Of a stretch of DNA of 64,000 nucleotides, positions 12,901 to 26,802 are shown in pieces; within the stretch, counting starts at the first letter, position 1, and every line of letters begins with the position of its first letter. The position numbers were made by a program, and so were the translations under genes. The DNA is from Styela clava. Taxonomy: Eukaryota. The notes beneath the pieces are model-generated. The model was not told where the DNA came from. It saw nothing but the letters and a program-made list of their open reading frames with translations, and made no database searches. The stretch is from positions 5,518,001-5,582,000 of the forward strand of contig NC_135260.1 in NCBI RefSeq assembly GCF_964204865.1, written 5' to 3'.

Positions 12901-14171
12901 ATATTCACAAAGCCAAGTATTACTATAATGAGCAATTGATATAATATAGTGACAATGCCTAATTTGTGCATTATATGGTGTCCACGAAGACTCAATTTTT
13001 TAAAATTGCAAAGGGATTTATCGATACCATATGTTGTTTTGGCCCTCACAGATATGAAGTGAAAATACTTGATAATACAATTACTGTTTTAAAAACAACA
13101 AACCTAGTTAAGATATATTGAGAACTGACTTCATAAAAAATTGAAATTATAAAGGGACTTCATGGACATCATGTATATTCAATTCTGCAATTCTATTCAT
13201 TTGTGAATAAAAAAACATCATATATTCATAATAATAAATTTCAGAATCAAATACCACTACAGTGAAATCACATGAATGTTCTCAAGAAAATGTGAATGCA
13301 GCCATTGCAGCAGTGATAGGAATAATTGGAGGCTTTGCTATTGGGATTGCATTTTCATACATTCTGAAGAGGTTAGGAAATTAAAAACTTATAGCTTGAA
13401 AATTAAGTTTCACTTGCAAAATAGGGGCTGTATATTGAACTGGAGGTCATTTCTTCTTGTCTATTTCCTACTTTGGATTAGTATGTGTCAGTTGCCATGA
13501 GCTGCAAAGTACCCAGGGCGAGTGGGGTTTGCGGTTTGGTCCGCCCTTTTGAAATGTAAAAAATTCTATATCATACAGAGCAATTTTTTGTGGCTTGAAA
13601 CACTTTTTAGAACCTCAATACTTGAAAACGAGCCACTAGCTGTTACGGTCTATTAGGCGAATAGAAATTACAGGAACCCACCCCTTTAAAATTCCCGACT
13701 ATGCATTTGGCCACTAAGATGCTTGAATGGGATTGAATATAAAGACAAATAGCATAATCTATTTCCACAAAATAGAAAAGTATATTTGTGATGTTTCGTT
13801 AGATCACAGTCTAACCTTTTTCAGACAAAACAAAATATAACTGTCTATAATATTACAATCATTGTCAATTAAGTTAATATAACAAACTCTGAAAAATCTT
13901 TTCACCTTTCTACTAAACTAGTCCAAAACAAAGACTTTGAAAGTAATATTTTTTTTGTCTATGAAGATACCAAACCAAAAAGAAGATTACAAAGAAAACA
14001 GGACAAAAAGGAACACCAGAAGCACGTGGAGCAGCTGTGGAACAGGAAATAACTTTTAACAACCGTGCACCAACAACTGATGACAGTGGATATGAAATTC
14101 CAAATCAAAATAATGGAAAGAATAGTCACCAATACGAGGATATATATGATAGAGAATATGAATATGAATAG
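9977..14171 (+). CDS. Receptor copy RA (divergent): CUB-like type I membrane protein with non-ITIM tyrosine-rich tail, ~318 aa
   Basis: Exons 9977-10019 (signal MLKYIINVIILLFI), 10529-10771, 11292-11567, 12451-12513, 13245-13371 (TM AAIAAVIGIIGGFAIGIAFSYILKR), 13967-14171 (tail ending DDSGYEIPNQNNGKNSHQYEDIYDREYEYE*). GT-AG, phases 1,1,1,1,2 as in the other copies; 957 nt open. Confidence 0.85.
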
Positions 14172-14668
14172 ATCAGGAGTTCACAGATGGTGGGGCCCGC
14201 CCAACGAGAGGAGCGTAGACAATTATTGTGAGGATGTGAAGCTAATAAAAATGAAAATATTTGTCAGATTTGATCTTCCCCGCCTTATTTTGGATATTTA
14301 CATTTTTTTATTGTTTACATTTTCTTATGATGTATACGTATAAACAACGTGTTTTTGTATAAAAAATACTTTCACCCTAATATCTGTAATTTGTAGCCTA
14401 TTGTTAGCTGAATATTTTAGAGGTGGGACACGTGATTTGACAAATTCTTGAAAGATGGAGCGGCTTAAAAAGTTGTTGCATAGATGTTGATATAAAAACA
14501 GACCTGATGAAAGTCGACTCCATTGCTATCTTCACAGCACAGTCACAGCTAACACATATTTATCCTTTTCTTATTTTCCTTGTACTAAAATAAACTTTTG
14601 CAAAATTTTTAACTCTGTCAATTTAGTATGGTGGTTATCTATCAATGGGTTTGATCAGGTATATAGTG

Positions 14669-15027
14669 CAGGGGTGTGCATAGCGAAGCTTGTGGGCCAA
14701 ATGCGGCCCACAGGGAAGTGCCAATTAAAAATGGTGTGTGGCCCGCGAAGCGAGTTTTCAATTTAATTTAATGTCATACGTGCGAGTAATTCAAATCTTT
14801 TCGAGTGACAAAGCCTATACCTGAGTCCAATTTAATATCTATGCATATGACGTCACAATGCTTTAACAACTTGCTTGTGCAAAGCAAATACCGGATATCA
14901 TAGGATCAATTATTGAACTTTTTGTGCTTGCAACGACTAGAAAGCCTATGTTGAATAAGTTGTGGCTCGCGGTTTTCACCCAGTCGTTTGTACCCGGTCT
15001 TCCCGTATAAAAGGTTGCACACCCCTG
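14669..15027. mobile_element. hAT-type MITE
   Basis: Perfect 12-bp TIR CAGGGGTGTGCA / TGCACACCCCTG; flanks ATATAGTG / ATATAATG. Confidence 0.8.
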
Positions 15028-17153
15028 ATATAATGTATTGCCAATTATCAAATCAAGTTTCGTTATTAATTTACATATTTTATCAAATTTTTTTTAAATT
15101 CTGCTACTGTAATAAAACAATTATTCAAGAAATTTTCAAAGTGGTTCAATCATCATTTTATGCGTTTTAGTCTACTATGGCCTGCAGGTTAAATCCAGCC
15201 TGTGGGGTAATTCAATCTGGCCCATCTTGATGCTGCCACAACCAAACTAATTACAAATTTTGATGTTTTAGTTAAAGTAGGAATTTGTTGCACAAATTTG
15301 GACACTCAAATAGCAAGGTTAGATACACATGAGAGAAAAAGTCGAAAAATTGGTCAAACGCCGAACAGTGTTCCTATGAATTGAAAAAAATAAAATAAAA
15401 TTTGAGGTTAAAGCAGAAAGAAGTATATAGTAAAAACATCCCATGAAGACATACTCCTGTTGTATATGTACCAGGTTAGGATTAGACCATAATTCATTAT
15501 GATTTGCCTTATTTTAGTACTATTACGAGTTCTGGGACTGTCTGTGATAGCCAAGTGAATATACACCCTGACCACAGGTTTCAGTCCCTTCACACAACTT
15601 GAAATAGGTGTACAAAATTAATTACCTCCATATTGGTACACATATTTCTGGAGCGCATATTAAGACAACTTTAAAACAACAACAATAAGCATCTAGTGAA
15701 TGACCCATATGTGTACACCAGTGTCAATAATTGGTCTGAAAACCTGATAATTTCTTTATTATATCAATATATTTACTTATCTCAAATAGATTGGAGCCAG
15801 ATTGGCGACTTCTATTATATGAACCATTGACATATTAAGAAGTTATTAGCAATCCCATATTTAATTTCCTGTTTCGACTGCTTCCAAATAAACAAAGAAT
15901 GAAAACTCTTATACCATAAGTGTTTAAAAGACTATCAAGAAAACATTGAGATCGTATACATCTTGTACAAGGAATGCTTCAAGTGAGGCCGGTAGGTATA
16001 TATAGATTATTACCAGGCTTGAACAGGGGGAATCAAGTCTATAATATTGCTATAATTCATACACTATAATTATTACAGGAAGTAATACTGGGAAAATCAA
16101 GTCTCCATCTATATTATCTTACTAAGCTATGCGTTGTGCAAAGAATATTTGTATATTACGCAAAGGCTAACCAAACTAGGGACATGCAACCACGAAAGAG
16201 TTGCGCAATGAATTTTAGGGGTCGCAAAGATTACGCCAATTTCACATAAAGTACTGTAACTATTGTATTTTTTAGACTTTTCACTCGAAACACAATTTTT
16301 AAAACTAGTGCAAAAAATAAATATCACGATTTCGAGCAAATACATAGGATCAGAGAAGCTGCTCGCTTACATAACAATGCCTGGTTCGATCGTTACACTC
16401 AAGCAGCGGTGCACTACTCGGAAAAGGGGGTCGAGGAAATATATTGGACAGGTTCACGAGCCTAAAACTTCAGGAAGCTCTACATTACACCACTCTGTTA
16501 AAACATTTCGCAGCAATGTTGAATGTCTCAATATCAATGTATATTTCAATTGATGTGTTGATTGAACGTGTGGCAAACTGACGATTTTTCATTTTACTTT
16601 GCTTGTACTGCCTGATTCTTAGTGACCTCTATCACAAGGATGTTCAAATAAGACTTAAGCCGAAGTATTTAAACCAGAAGAGCGGAATATCATTCAACAT
16701 AATAAAAGATTTGACAAGCTTACTCTACCCGATAAAGCTAGACCATTCTCTAGTGAAAGCTTGGTAAAACTTGTACTCTCCGTTTATTCATTGTTATACA
16801 GGGTGTCCGTAATATCCTTTTACAATTCCAATTTCGTTATGAGGTCAGTTCTCAATATATCTCAACCAATTTTGTTGTTTTTTAATCAGTAATTGTTCAA
16901 GTATTTTTACTTCATTTACATCTGTGAGGGCCAAATGAATATATGGTATCGATAAACTCCAAAATTCCCTTTCCAGTTTTTAAAAATTTTAAGCCTTTGG
17001 GAGTCACCCTTTTGTTTGCTGTCCGAGAATTACATGTCATGGTATATGTAACTAATGTAAAAATAAATTATCTCGGTGTACGCAGTTGGTTTGATAGGCC
17101 AAGAAAAAAATTCACTGGTCCTCGAATCCAGAATGTCTAAAAAATAAATAAAG

Positions 17154-18600
17154 TGAAAAAGGGGCACATGGTAACTTCAATCAGTACAAAGAGGAAAAAA
17201 TCTTTACACATGAGATGTATGACCTTGGTGTGACATATGTACCGTTCAAGAAATATCCTGGGCTTTCCATATCTTGGAAGCAATATATTCAATCTGCAAC
17301 AATCATGATTTAACAATCATGAGTATAAATAAGATCAATGATAATGCATAAGAATATTTCATTGCCCTCTGTTAAGCCACAAGGAAATAGCACGTCACAT
17401 GTTATGTAAATTTTGCAATACACCACGTTAGGTGTCGTGAAATAATAATTAATAACCTTTATTGCCATTACAAATCTTGACTCAGAAATTTTTCTCTTCT
17501 TCCGTTAATGTCTGGCCTTTGAGCACAAGATATAATAATTAGTCAAGTAATTTTGTGACCTTTCCAACAGTAACAATGTTACTGTCACCAAACCCATTTC
17601 TGCTACTTGTTGGAAATTACAGACCAAACTTAGAGACAGAGACTAAATAAACTTAAAATAGCATAAAAATTTAATGTTATTTTTTTAATATTTCAACTAA
17701 TTTTAAAATGTTAGATCTAAAAATAAACTTCGCTGTTCAAATGATGTAAAATCTACACAAAAATTCAAACTATATCAGTGCAAACTAACAATACACAAAA
17801 CAGAGAACTATACCCAGATAGCCAGAATGTGTCAAAAATAAATTAACAAAAGTATCACAAGTACAAGCACAAAAAAACAAAAAGGGGGCACTGGGTAACT
17901 TTAATCAGTACAAATCAGGGCGCTCCAGAAATGTATGTACGTTCGCCTACTTTAAATCAATTTGTTTCAAGGGAATGAAACCTATGGGCAGGGGGTATAT
18001 TCACTTGGCTAACACAGACAGTCCCCGAACTTGTAATAGAATTAAAATCAGGACAATCAGAATAAAATTATGGCCTAACCCTAACCTGGTACATATACTA
18101 CGGGAGTACCCAAATCAGTGCAGCAAGGAACAAAATCTGATTATCAGAACATAAAATTATGAATTATTGACCAATCACCATTGCACGGTTTACATTTGGC
18201 AATTCTCAAGAATTCAATTTGTGGATTCAGCAACAATTATGATTTGATACTATAATAAGCAGAAGATCAATGGCATTGCATAAGACTCCATAATTGGTCT
18301 CTGTTAAGAGATAAGGAAATAGCACGTCACATGTTATATGAATTTTGCAATACACCATGTTGGCAATGGTAGGATAATAATGACCTTTATTGCCATGACA
18401 AGACATGACTAAATAAATGTCAGATCTTCGAGCACAGGTAACAACAATTAGTCAAATTATTTTGTGACCTTTTCAACAGAAATGATGTTGCAACCACAAA
18501 TCCATTTCTGCTACTTGTTAACAATGAAGTTTAAACTAAATTGCAAAAAAAGCATAAAATTCAATAACATTATACTATTTTTACTATTTCAAATACTATG
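17154..18600. repeat. Diverged tandem duplication of non-coding sequence
   Basis: ~17154-17700 matches ~17877-18600, e.g. AAGGAAATAGCACGTCACATGTTAT at 17381 and 18313. The second unit is interrupted by the MITE at 17918-18111. Confidence 0.7.
17918..18111 (-). mobile_element. ~200 bp MITE-like family with internal GGTTAGGGTTAGG; representative copy
   Basis: Imperfect ~24 bp terminal inverted repeats (GGGTACTCCCGTAGTATATGTACC vs GGGCGCTCCAGAAGTGTGTGTACC consensus). Copies at ~24-222, ~5373-5510, ~11583-11797, ~15452-15656, ~20260-20478, ~39645-39785, ~50851-51015, ~59975-60184, ~62272-62459. Confidence 0.75.
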
Positions 18601-19473
18601 AATAAATTGTCTATAAAAATATGTGCCAAAGGATTCTAATATGCTCTAATAAGATAAAGCTCATATAACAATTCTAATTTATAAACTCTCTTGGCCCTAT
18701 TAAGATTTGGTCAACCTAAAATGAGAATTCTTTGGACAACCCTGACTTGTTTATCATTTCAGTTACACCTATATGGTAGACCAACTATAACCGCTATCAA
18801 ACGAAATATAGTGTTTAAAATATTGTGGAAATTATAGAACTTCCCAACTTGTGAAAAGCTAACAAAACACTGATTGTTGATTGATATCAGAAATAGAGCA
18901 GTTCCAACATGCTTTTTAAAATGACACACATAAAGACAAAAGACGAAAGGTTATAGTATTGGTGAAATTGGCCTACTTTGCCAAGAAAATCACATACAAA
19001 TATTTGAATATTTTCAGTTTTAATAAGGTTGGAATTTTTTTAGAAAGTCATGTAAACAACACACTAACTACAGGGTTTTTAAACTGGGGACATGCCTTAG
19101 GCTAGTGAACTGCTGGTATTGTATGAACATGGTAACACTTCTTGATTTGGCCCAAAAAGTTTCAGAACCCTAGCCATAACCCATCTTGCAACATGTGTGA
19201 TTATGACACCACCCTGTGGTTTAGCCATTAACTGATGTAAAAAAGCATTATATTAGACAACATTCGAACTAATAAATCCCGTGATGCATACAAAAATAAT
19301 ACTTAGCAATCAGGGCAAAGGCATATACAAGGAAATAGGCATCATCTACCCACAAATGTACGTCAGAAAAAACACAAACGCAATCAGAAACTAGTAGGAT
19401 GATTATGACAACATTACGTAAATCCCGACCTTTATTAGGATGAATTATAAAAACAGACAACCTACGATGACAT

Positions 19474-19890
19474 CACTCAAAACACTGCTTTGTAATGATT
19501 TTCTAACCCCCACGAACAAGAGAAAAAGGCAAATGTAAAACATGAAGGAGTAACAAAATAACAAATGCTCAAACATGGTTCTAGTACAAAACAGTATAGC
19601 ATCATATTATCATAATTGATATTGCTAACTGTCAACAACAGGGCATAGGATAGAGATGGGCCACAATTTAAGGAATGAACTATGAGTCCTCACACCTGGT
19701 ATGCCACTCAAAACACTGTTTTGTAATGATTTTTTAACCCTCAAGAAAAAGAGAAAAAGGGCAATTGCAAAATATGGAGCAGTATCAAGATATCAAATGA
19801 CCGAACATAGTCTGAATATGAAAAATGGAAACTTGGTTGATATTGATCGGCCATTTACAGGAAGGAATATGATTGAGATGGGCCACATTC
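19474..19890. repeat. Diverged ~230 bp tandem duplication
   Basis: CACTCAAAACACTG.TTTGTAATGATTTT at 19474 and 19705; GAGATGGGCCACA in both units. Confidence 0.65.
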
Positions 19891-21468
19891 CTCAGATATA
19901 ATAATGAGCGATCACACTTGATAGTTCTAACTTTAGCTAGCAGGTTAATCAAGGTATATACAAAACATATCACATGACTCAATGATCTGTCTCGATTAGA
20001 TAATACCACACCAGTGGAAAATGAACAATGCCTTGAAAAATAAAATACAATACAAGTCATACATGTGGACTGTTATGACCATTTGAGCCCTCATTAGGAA
20101 ATACATAGCAAGAAAATCAAGAATACCGACAATCTTTACCCATGGGATGTATGACATTAATGTGACATATGTATAAGAATGTCCAAAGTAAAAATTAATC
20201 TTTTATTAGCAGAACTTGGAAATATGCTTTTGAATGTCATGAAAAATATGTTAAAAATAGGGCGCTTCAGAAGTGTGTGTACCAATATGGACGTAACTAA
20301 TTTTGTTTGCATATTTTTTGCATATTTAAGTTGTGTAAAGAGACTGAAGCCTGTGGGCAGGAGGTATATTCACTTGGATAACACAGACTGTCACCAACAC
20401 GTAATAAAACTAAAACAAGGAAAAACGCAATAAAATTATGACCTAACTCTCAACCTGGTACACACACGATGAGAGTACCAAAAATAGAATAGAAGACATA
20501 TCAAGGTTATTAAATTTGCTTGAGAATGCGATGACTATATTCAACTATCACTCCTGAGAGACACCGACGGAGACATGTTCCGAGATCTAGAAAACACTCC
20601 AATATTAAAACAAGACAAACAGATTTCTTGTTATACTGCTTAAGAAAACAATTAACCAATAATCAAGATTAAGGCAGAAATATGAAAATGGCTCCATTGA
20701 GGCATTTGCATAAAAGAGTGGAACAAAATAAATGAAAGCGTGAAATTTTATCATATTTTTTTCATTACAAGTCATAATATAGCGAGCAGTAGTTGTCTGG
20801 TTTAATAATCTAGTTCAATGGTCTTCAGATAAAAACCAATGCTTAAACCAACAAATATCAATGAACAAAAAAGAATCCCTTATAACATCTTGGTATAAGA
20901 TAAATATCAAACAATTATCAATGAAAAGGAAAAAAAATTGTATGAGGTGAATACATTGAGTAAAAAAAACATGTTTATACATTTTCTGACTAAAATTTTC
21001 TCTCCAATTTTACATTTCACAATTTCGATGAATTTTAGGACAGAACTCTGGATATATCTCTGCGACACCTCAGAGGTAAAAATTTTGGGCTTGTATGTGA
21101 TAGATTTTCACATACATTTTGCCATTCAAAACTCTAATTGTTTTATATAAATACAACCAAGCAATAACCAATGGCTTCCAGAAGATATTTGCATTTTGTC
21201 TTTGCTTTGGATGCTAAATACATACACAAAAAAAAATCACATATTTTATAAAAAATGTCAGTACAAAACAAAATGAGTTATTGAGATAAAAATATGTGCA
21301 TCTATTTTCAAACTGAATCCCCAATAGGAGTATGGTCAAATAGGAGCAATACAAAGGAACAGTACAGCACTCAGAGCCCTGATGAATAATTCAGTGAAGA
21401 CATTGATAGAATAACACTTGGAACTGCTAAGGTAAACTGTACACAGGTTCTAGCCAGGATGCTAAGAT

Positions 21469-21553
21469 TGTGATTATTTCGCGCCCACGTTCTATGTTAT
21501 AGAGAATTCTCATATAGCAACGCAACACGCTTTATCGAAAGACAATGACGTAG
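21469..21553 (+). promoter_or_regulatory. Conserved upstream module of R1-R8 (CGCCCAC core, then TGACGTA); R1 instance given
   Basis: CGCCCAC at 21482, 26553, 31460, 36338, 41293, 45827, 51377, 55465, i.e. 176-267 bp before each ATG. TGACGTA at 21546, 26617, 31484, 36403, 41351, 45885. The core is kept in R6-R8, where flanking sequence has diverged. Confidence 0.6.
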
Positions 21554-21731
21554 ATGCTCAGCATGCTTTGAACGCATACAAAAGCATTGGGAGAGATGAG
21601 AATCTTCAGTTTGTCTGCGGCAGAGCAATGAGTTGCAGCTGATATTTTTGAAAAAAATCTGAGTACCAGTCTATCAGAACTGGTTAGACTTAAAAGATTT
21701 AAAAAAGTAATTGTTGTGTTTAACACTAGGA

Positions 21732-24700
21732 ATGAAAGAATTACCTGTGATCAATGAGGCGGTATTTTGGATTCTATTATTTTGTAAGTATTTTTAATTC
21801 AATTTTCTGTTTTCTTCATTCAAAATTTTACTCAGGGATTAAGTGAGAAGTATTGTCAACAGTGATGGTTAATTACGACTTCATCTTGAAATATTTGTAT
21901 AAAAAAACTTGGGGTTACTGGCAACACAATTTTTAACCTATAGTTTAGTACTACAAAAAAATTAATTTAGAATTCAACTGTGAATAATTTTATTTTTTAA
22001 TAGAGTCAGTAGTCCTTGGCACTATGGCAGCTGTCCATAGTTTCGCTCAGGGATTATTCTCTTTAATTTCTGAGTGAATTTTCATGATCTTGCTCAAAAA
22101 AATGATTATACATTATAAGTAAATTAAAAATAAACATTGATGATAGTTGAGTGTTATCAGGCAAACATATTTATTTACAGGTTGTGGAAGTAAATATAGT
22201 GAAGCAGCTGGAAAATGTGATTGTGAAAATACACAACTTGGAACAAAGAGCATAAATATCACATATGGACCAACTAATGAACACAACTGCAACTGTGATT
22301 GGATAGTACCAACAAGCATGGAGACAGATCAAGGAACTGCAGTTGTTCTGTTGTTACAAAATGTTTCATTTCCAATGACAACACCTAGCAGAGGACAGAG
22401 AGACTGCAGTGGAGAAATCAGATTTCCAAGTAAGTGTCAGGCTTATAAAAATCTGAATCCCGGTCATGAAAACAGAAAAAATACTATGCTAGGGGAGCCA
22501 TAAACCATAGCTTAGTTCAGGGTGGTCCAAGGTTGTCGGCCTCGCGGGTCACACTATTATTTTTGTATTGTTCGCGGGCCACAATAATGCCAAGAATAGG
22601 TAAGCAGTGCAATACAAAACAAACACTTTTATTGTTCAAACACATTGATCATTATTTGTCATTTATCAAGCAAAAAAACGCAAAAACCACCAAAAAACTA
22701 ACTGAAACATGCAAAAATCTTACTATATACTGTATATATATTCAGTGTAAAACTTCAAACTTTTCATAACGGAGAAAGTGTCATAAGGAGAAAATGCCGT
22801 TTTATATTGCCACCAACACAACTTGCAGACATATTAAACAAGCATTGTGATATTTTCGCTCCCATATCCAGTAACGCAGGTCACAGATAATGAATGAAAT
22901 GCGACGCAGGTCACAGATAATGAAGCGGAGGGCCACATGTGGCCCGCGGGCCTGGGTTTGGACCCCCCTGGCTTAGTTCAACCAACATCTTGACCTGTTT
23001 TAGAAAGTTTGCAAAGTCAGTTGTCAAAATGAGTGAACATTGAAGAAATTCTGTTTTCTATAAAATAAGACTAGACACAATATTGAAGTATTACCATTTA
23101 TTATGAGAACTCCAATATAGGATTTGATTTTCATATTTATCCAGGGAATAAGAAAAGCTGATAAAAAGGCCTAATCATGAGAGTTTCAAACCTGCGAACC
23201 CAAGCAGGATAATGCTAACGCTTAGCATGATGCGCAATACCGCCGCCGCCACTAAATCAATTCATAGCCCTAATGAGTAACTAAAACAGAATCGGTTATT
23301 GAGTGAACAGAGCATCTCTCAGATTTTGACATATACAATGTGTTCAGCAATATCAAAATATTTTATACAGGTACTTATTCACACAAATGTGAATTTCCAA
23401 GCAACTACTGTCTTGTATTTGCAACTACATCAACCATTTGCAACATCAACAAAATGAAAGAGGTAATTCCAGTTGCAAATCACACCTGTGATTCAATCAT
23501 TCCATGGAATAGAGCTGGAGGAAGCCCATACAGGATACAATACAATGCAAAAAACTTTGACGGTTACACAAAATACTTCACAATACGATATCTTGTAATA
23601 GATTGCAGATCAACAACCACACCAGAAGCGAGTGAGCCATATACACTTCAGATGGCTACTAAATTAATGTTAATTCCTTCAATTGACACAAATAAAAAAT
23701 GTTTAATAAAATAGGACTAACCGGAATTTAATAGGTGATAATATTAATAGGGTTGACCTGGCTTTGTTATGGAATTGGTAGATTTTATGGAATATGTGAG
23801 TAAACAAATTTTGAGATGTTATAACGGATATAACGGGCCTATATTTGTATTGCATTTAGAATATTAAAAATATTTCGTATAAATATTCTGTTGAATAGTT
23901 CATAAAAAACTGTAGCAGGAAAGGCACTTTAGCTTATCCAGCTTTCATATGTTGTGGTGAGGTGCAGGAGCTTTGGATACATCATGTTATCTTGGGACTG
24001 GATTGATATTGACTCCAATTTTTTTATCCACAGAAATAATTTTAATTTTTCGAGACTTTTAAAAGAAACAAACACATAATGTTTCCCAATATGTACTTAT
24101 CATAATTTCCTTTTGACACTGGAATTCAATTTGTGAGGAAGTACGGCCATTGTATGTTCTTTAAAAACATAGAATATTATTTAATAAATTAAAAGAACAA
24201 ATCCAGCATACTGCGATCTCCAAAAATATTTTAAAACGCATAATTCTTAGAGACAACAACATATATTGAGGAGACAGCTAGAGGTAATTCAACAAGAATA
24301 AATCTGTCACTATCTACAGATATATATATTGAGACAACCATGAGAGGAGATGAAATCAGCAACAAAAGCAACACCAATAGTAAGCTATAGTGAAGACTTG
24401 AAATAATTAACCTAGTCAGGGCGCATGGTTGAATTAAGACTTGAAAAAGTAGAACAAATTATCTTTAGTTTTAATGTTTTAAGAATTCTATAATGGACTG
24501 CTCATGATGTATTGTATCACACAACTCCAGGGTGGTCGTTAGAAAAACAGAATTTGTCAAACAGCTGTTTGTTTTTACAAAGATTAACTATTACAAAGTT
24601 TATATGTTATGGCATATGTTATATTACATTCATAGATGCTCAAAATGTCGCCCAGGCACTTTGGAGAAGTGTCTTAATTCAAAGTCTAGGCTCGTGTAGC

Positions 24701-25832
24701 GTTTTGAAGGTTAATTTGTGGGATATTGTTTCAATTCTACCTATACCTTCATCTGAATTCCAAATTTTGGAACTTATGAAAATTTTTTTAGCATCCACCC
24801 TGTTTTAATTTTAAAAGGAAATTCCACCAGTCAGATTTCATCAACAAGTGCTAAGAACCAAGAGCAAATTTTCACTCCAACAACAATCATCATCATTGCT
24901 GCTTCTGTATCAGGACTGCTCATTATACTCATATCCGGAATACTGATTAAAAGGTAAAGTGAGATTTTTTGATTAAACCATGATTTGAAATGAATCTCAT
25001 ATTACAGAATAAACTTTAGTATAGGGTAGTTACATTGAAAACATTATAATCAATATGTTAAGAATATGTATAATGAGTAGCATTATGAGAAAAATAACCT
25101 GATCTTTTATATGTTGCATAGTGCTTGAAGCTTGAAATGAAAATTTAAAAATGCTGTTATACTACATTCTGGAAACAAAAGGATATCACTAATATGGGGT
25201 ATATTTTTTAAGTTTTTGGAAGGCTACCAGCACTCGACTTAAGAGTTACAAAATTATTATTATGCAACATTTTCCCATCTTTGTTGCAGAAGTAATTTTA
25301 TACAGCGTTTTTGTGACTGTTGCTCTAAGCAAGGCTCTATAAAATCAGTCAATGATTTGTGAGTAAATACTATATTTTGAAAACACTGGAATCTTTCGAT
25401 TCGCCATCGGCCATCGCCTTTCTGAATTCTCACATCCTGGATGTTTGTACATTTTTTTGAAAGATTTAGCCACAGAGATTGCTTTTTTACAACAGATACT
25501 GCAGAAGTGACGACAAAAAGGTTTCCAAAACCATGGAGCAAGAAAATGGACTTGAAGAAAGATCTGAGAAAGAAATCGTTGAGAACGCCATCTACGGAAC
25601 ATCACTCAATGATCAACAAGGACCAGAAACAATCATCAATCAAATATACGACACAACTCCAGATACTAATGACGAAACAACAAAGACAGATGATCCATGT
25701 TTATATGCAGTCGTTCAGAAGAAAGAAAAAACAGAAGACAAGAATGTGGTGACTGAGGGTAACGATGACATTGTCACCATTGAAGATGAATCATCAAGCA
25801 TATATGCAGTGGTGAACAAAGATAAGAAATAA
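21732..25832 (+). CDS. Receptor copy R1: CUB-like ectodomain, S/T stalk, TM, ITIM-bearing tail, ~387 aa
   Basis: Exons 21732-21783, 22181-22429, 23371-23631, 24251-24379, 24818-24953, 25496-25832. GT-AG, 1164 nt open. Tail motifs NAIY, NQIY, CLYAVV, SIYAVV. Confidence 0.88.
22518..22970. mobile_element. hAT-type MITE in R1 intron 2
   Basis: Ends CAGGGTGGTCCAA / TTGGACCCCCCTG; perfect 8-bp TSD GCTTAGTT at 22510-22517 and 22971-22978. Confidence 0.88.
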
Positions 25833-26802
25833 TATACTATACTTTAAGTAAAGGCAAATTTGACTTTATTAACTTATTTATCTCACTTTTGTGATAATAT
25901 TCATTGGCATTTCATGAGCATGACAGCCTAGTGACTGGTCTCCAGGCTTATAAAGTTGAATATCTGTGTATAAGAGATGAACATCAACCAACTAATCAAT
26001 TCAAGTATTAGTCGCTTTGAAGAATGCCGTATAAAGTGATTTTCGTATAAAAAATCTCTAAAATGGGCAATCACAAAAATAAAAAAATGTTTTATGAAAC
26101 GATGATGCTATATGAAAAAATCTTATGCTTAGTCTCATGTGAAAGAGCTATACAAAGCGAAGGTTACATTAATAATATTCACAAATTTATGTTTGATTGT
26201 TCCATTTAGACTTTTTCATTATATTTTTATTTTCCCTTTATATATTACCATTTCTAATTTTTTGATTACTTTGCAGTGGATACTAATAAACAATTGAACT
26301 AAATCAGGCCATGTATTTAATTCGAAAAACAAAATCAATTTGAAGGTCATGAGTGATCTAGAAACAGACACTTGGCAACCTATTTTCAATCTAAGTCCCT
26401 GAGGAAGATTTGGTCAGTAAAAGGCACAATATTGTAATTAGAACTCTGGCAAACAATAATTCACAGAACTCATGAAAACAGTGTTGAAATAACACTGCTA
26501 AGGTAAATTGTACATAGGTTCTAGCCAGGATGCACAGGTTGTGATTATTTCGCGCCCACGTTCTATGCTATAGAGAATTCTCATATAGGAACGCAACATC
26601 TTTTATCAAATGACAATGACGTAAATGCTCACCATTCTGTGAAGGCATACAAAAGCACTGGGAGAGATTGGTATCTTCAGTTTGTCTGTGGCAGAGTACT
26701 GAGATGCAGCAGATTTTTTCAAAGCATCAAGGTATCAGACTATCAGAACTGGTTAGATTTTGAACGGATTTTGATAAGTCCTTATTGTGTTTAACACTGG
26801 AA

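Noticed and set aside
16797-18743. Possible Tc1/mariner element from TACAGGGTGTCC to GGACAACCCTG
   Set aside because: The ends match poorly, there is no TA duplication at the right end, and no transposase trace.
22004-22075. Possible extra exon in intron 1 (TTAATAG|AGTCAGTAG...) of R1, R3, R4, R5
   Set aside because: Joining it to the phase-1 T of exon 1 makes TAG immediately, and its length is not conserved among copies.
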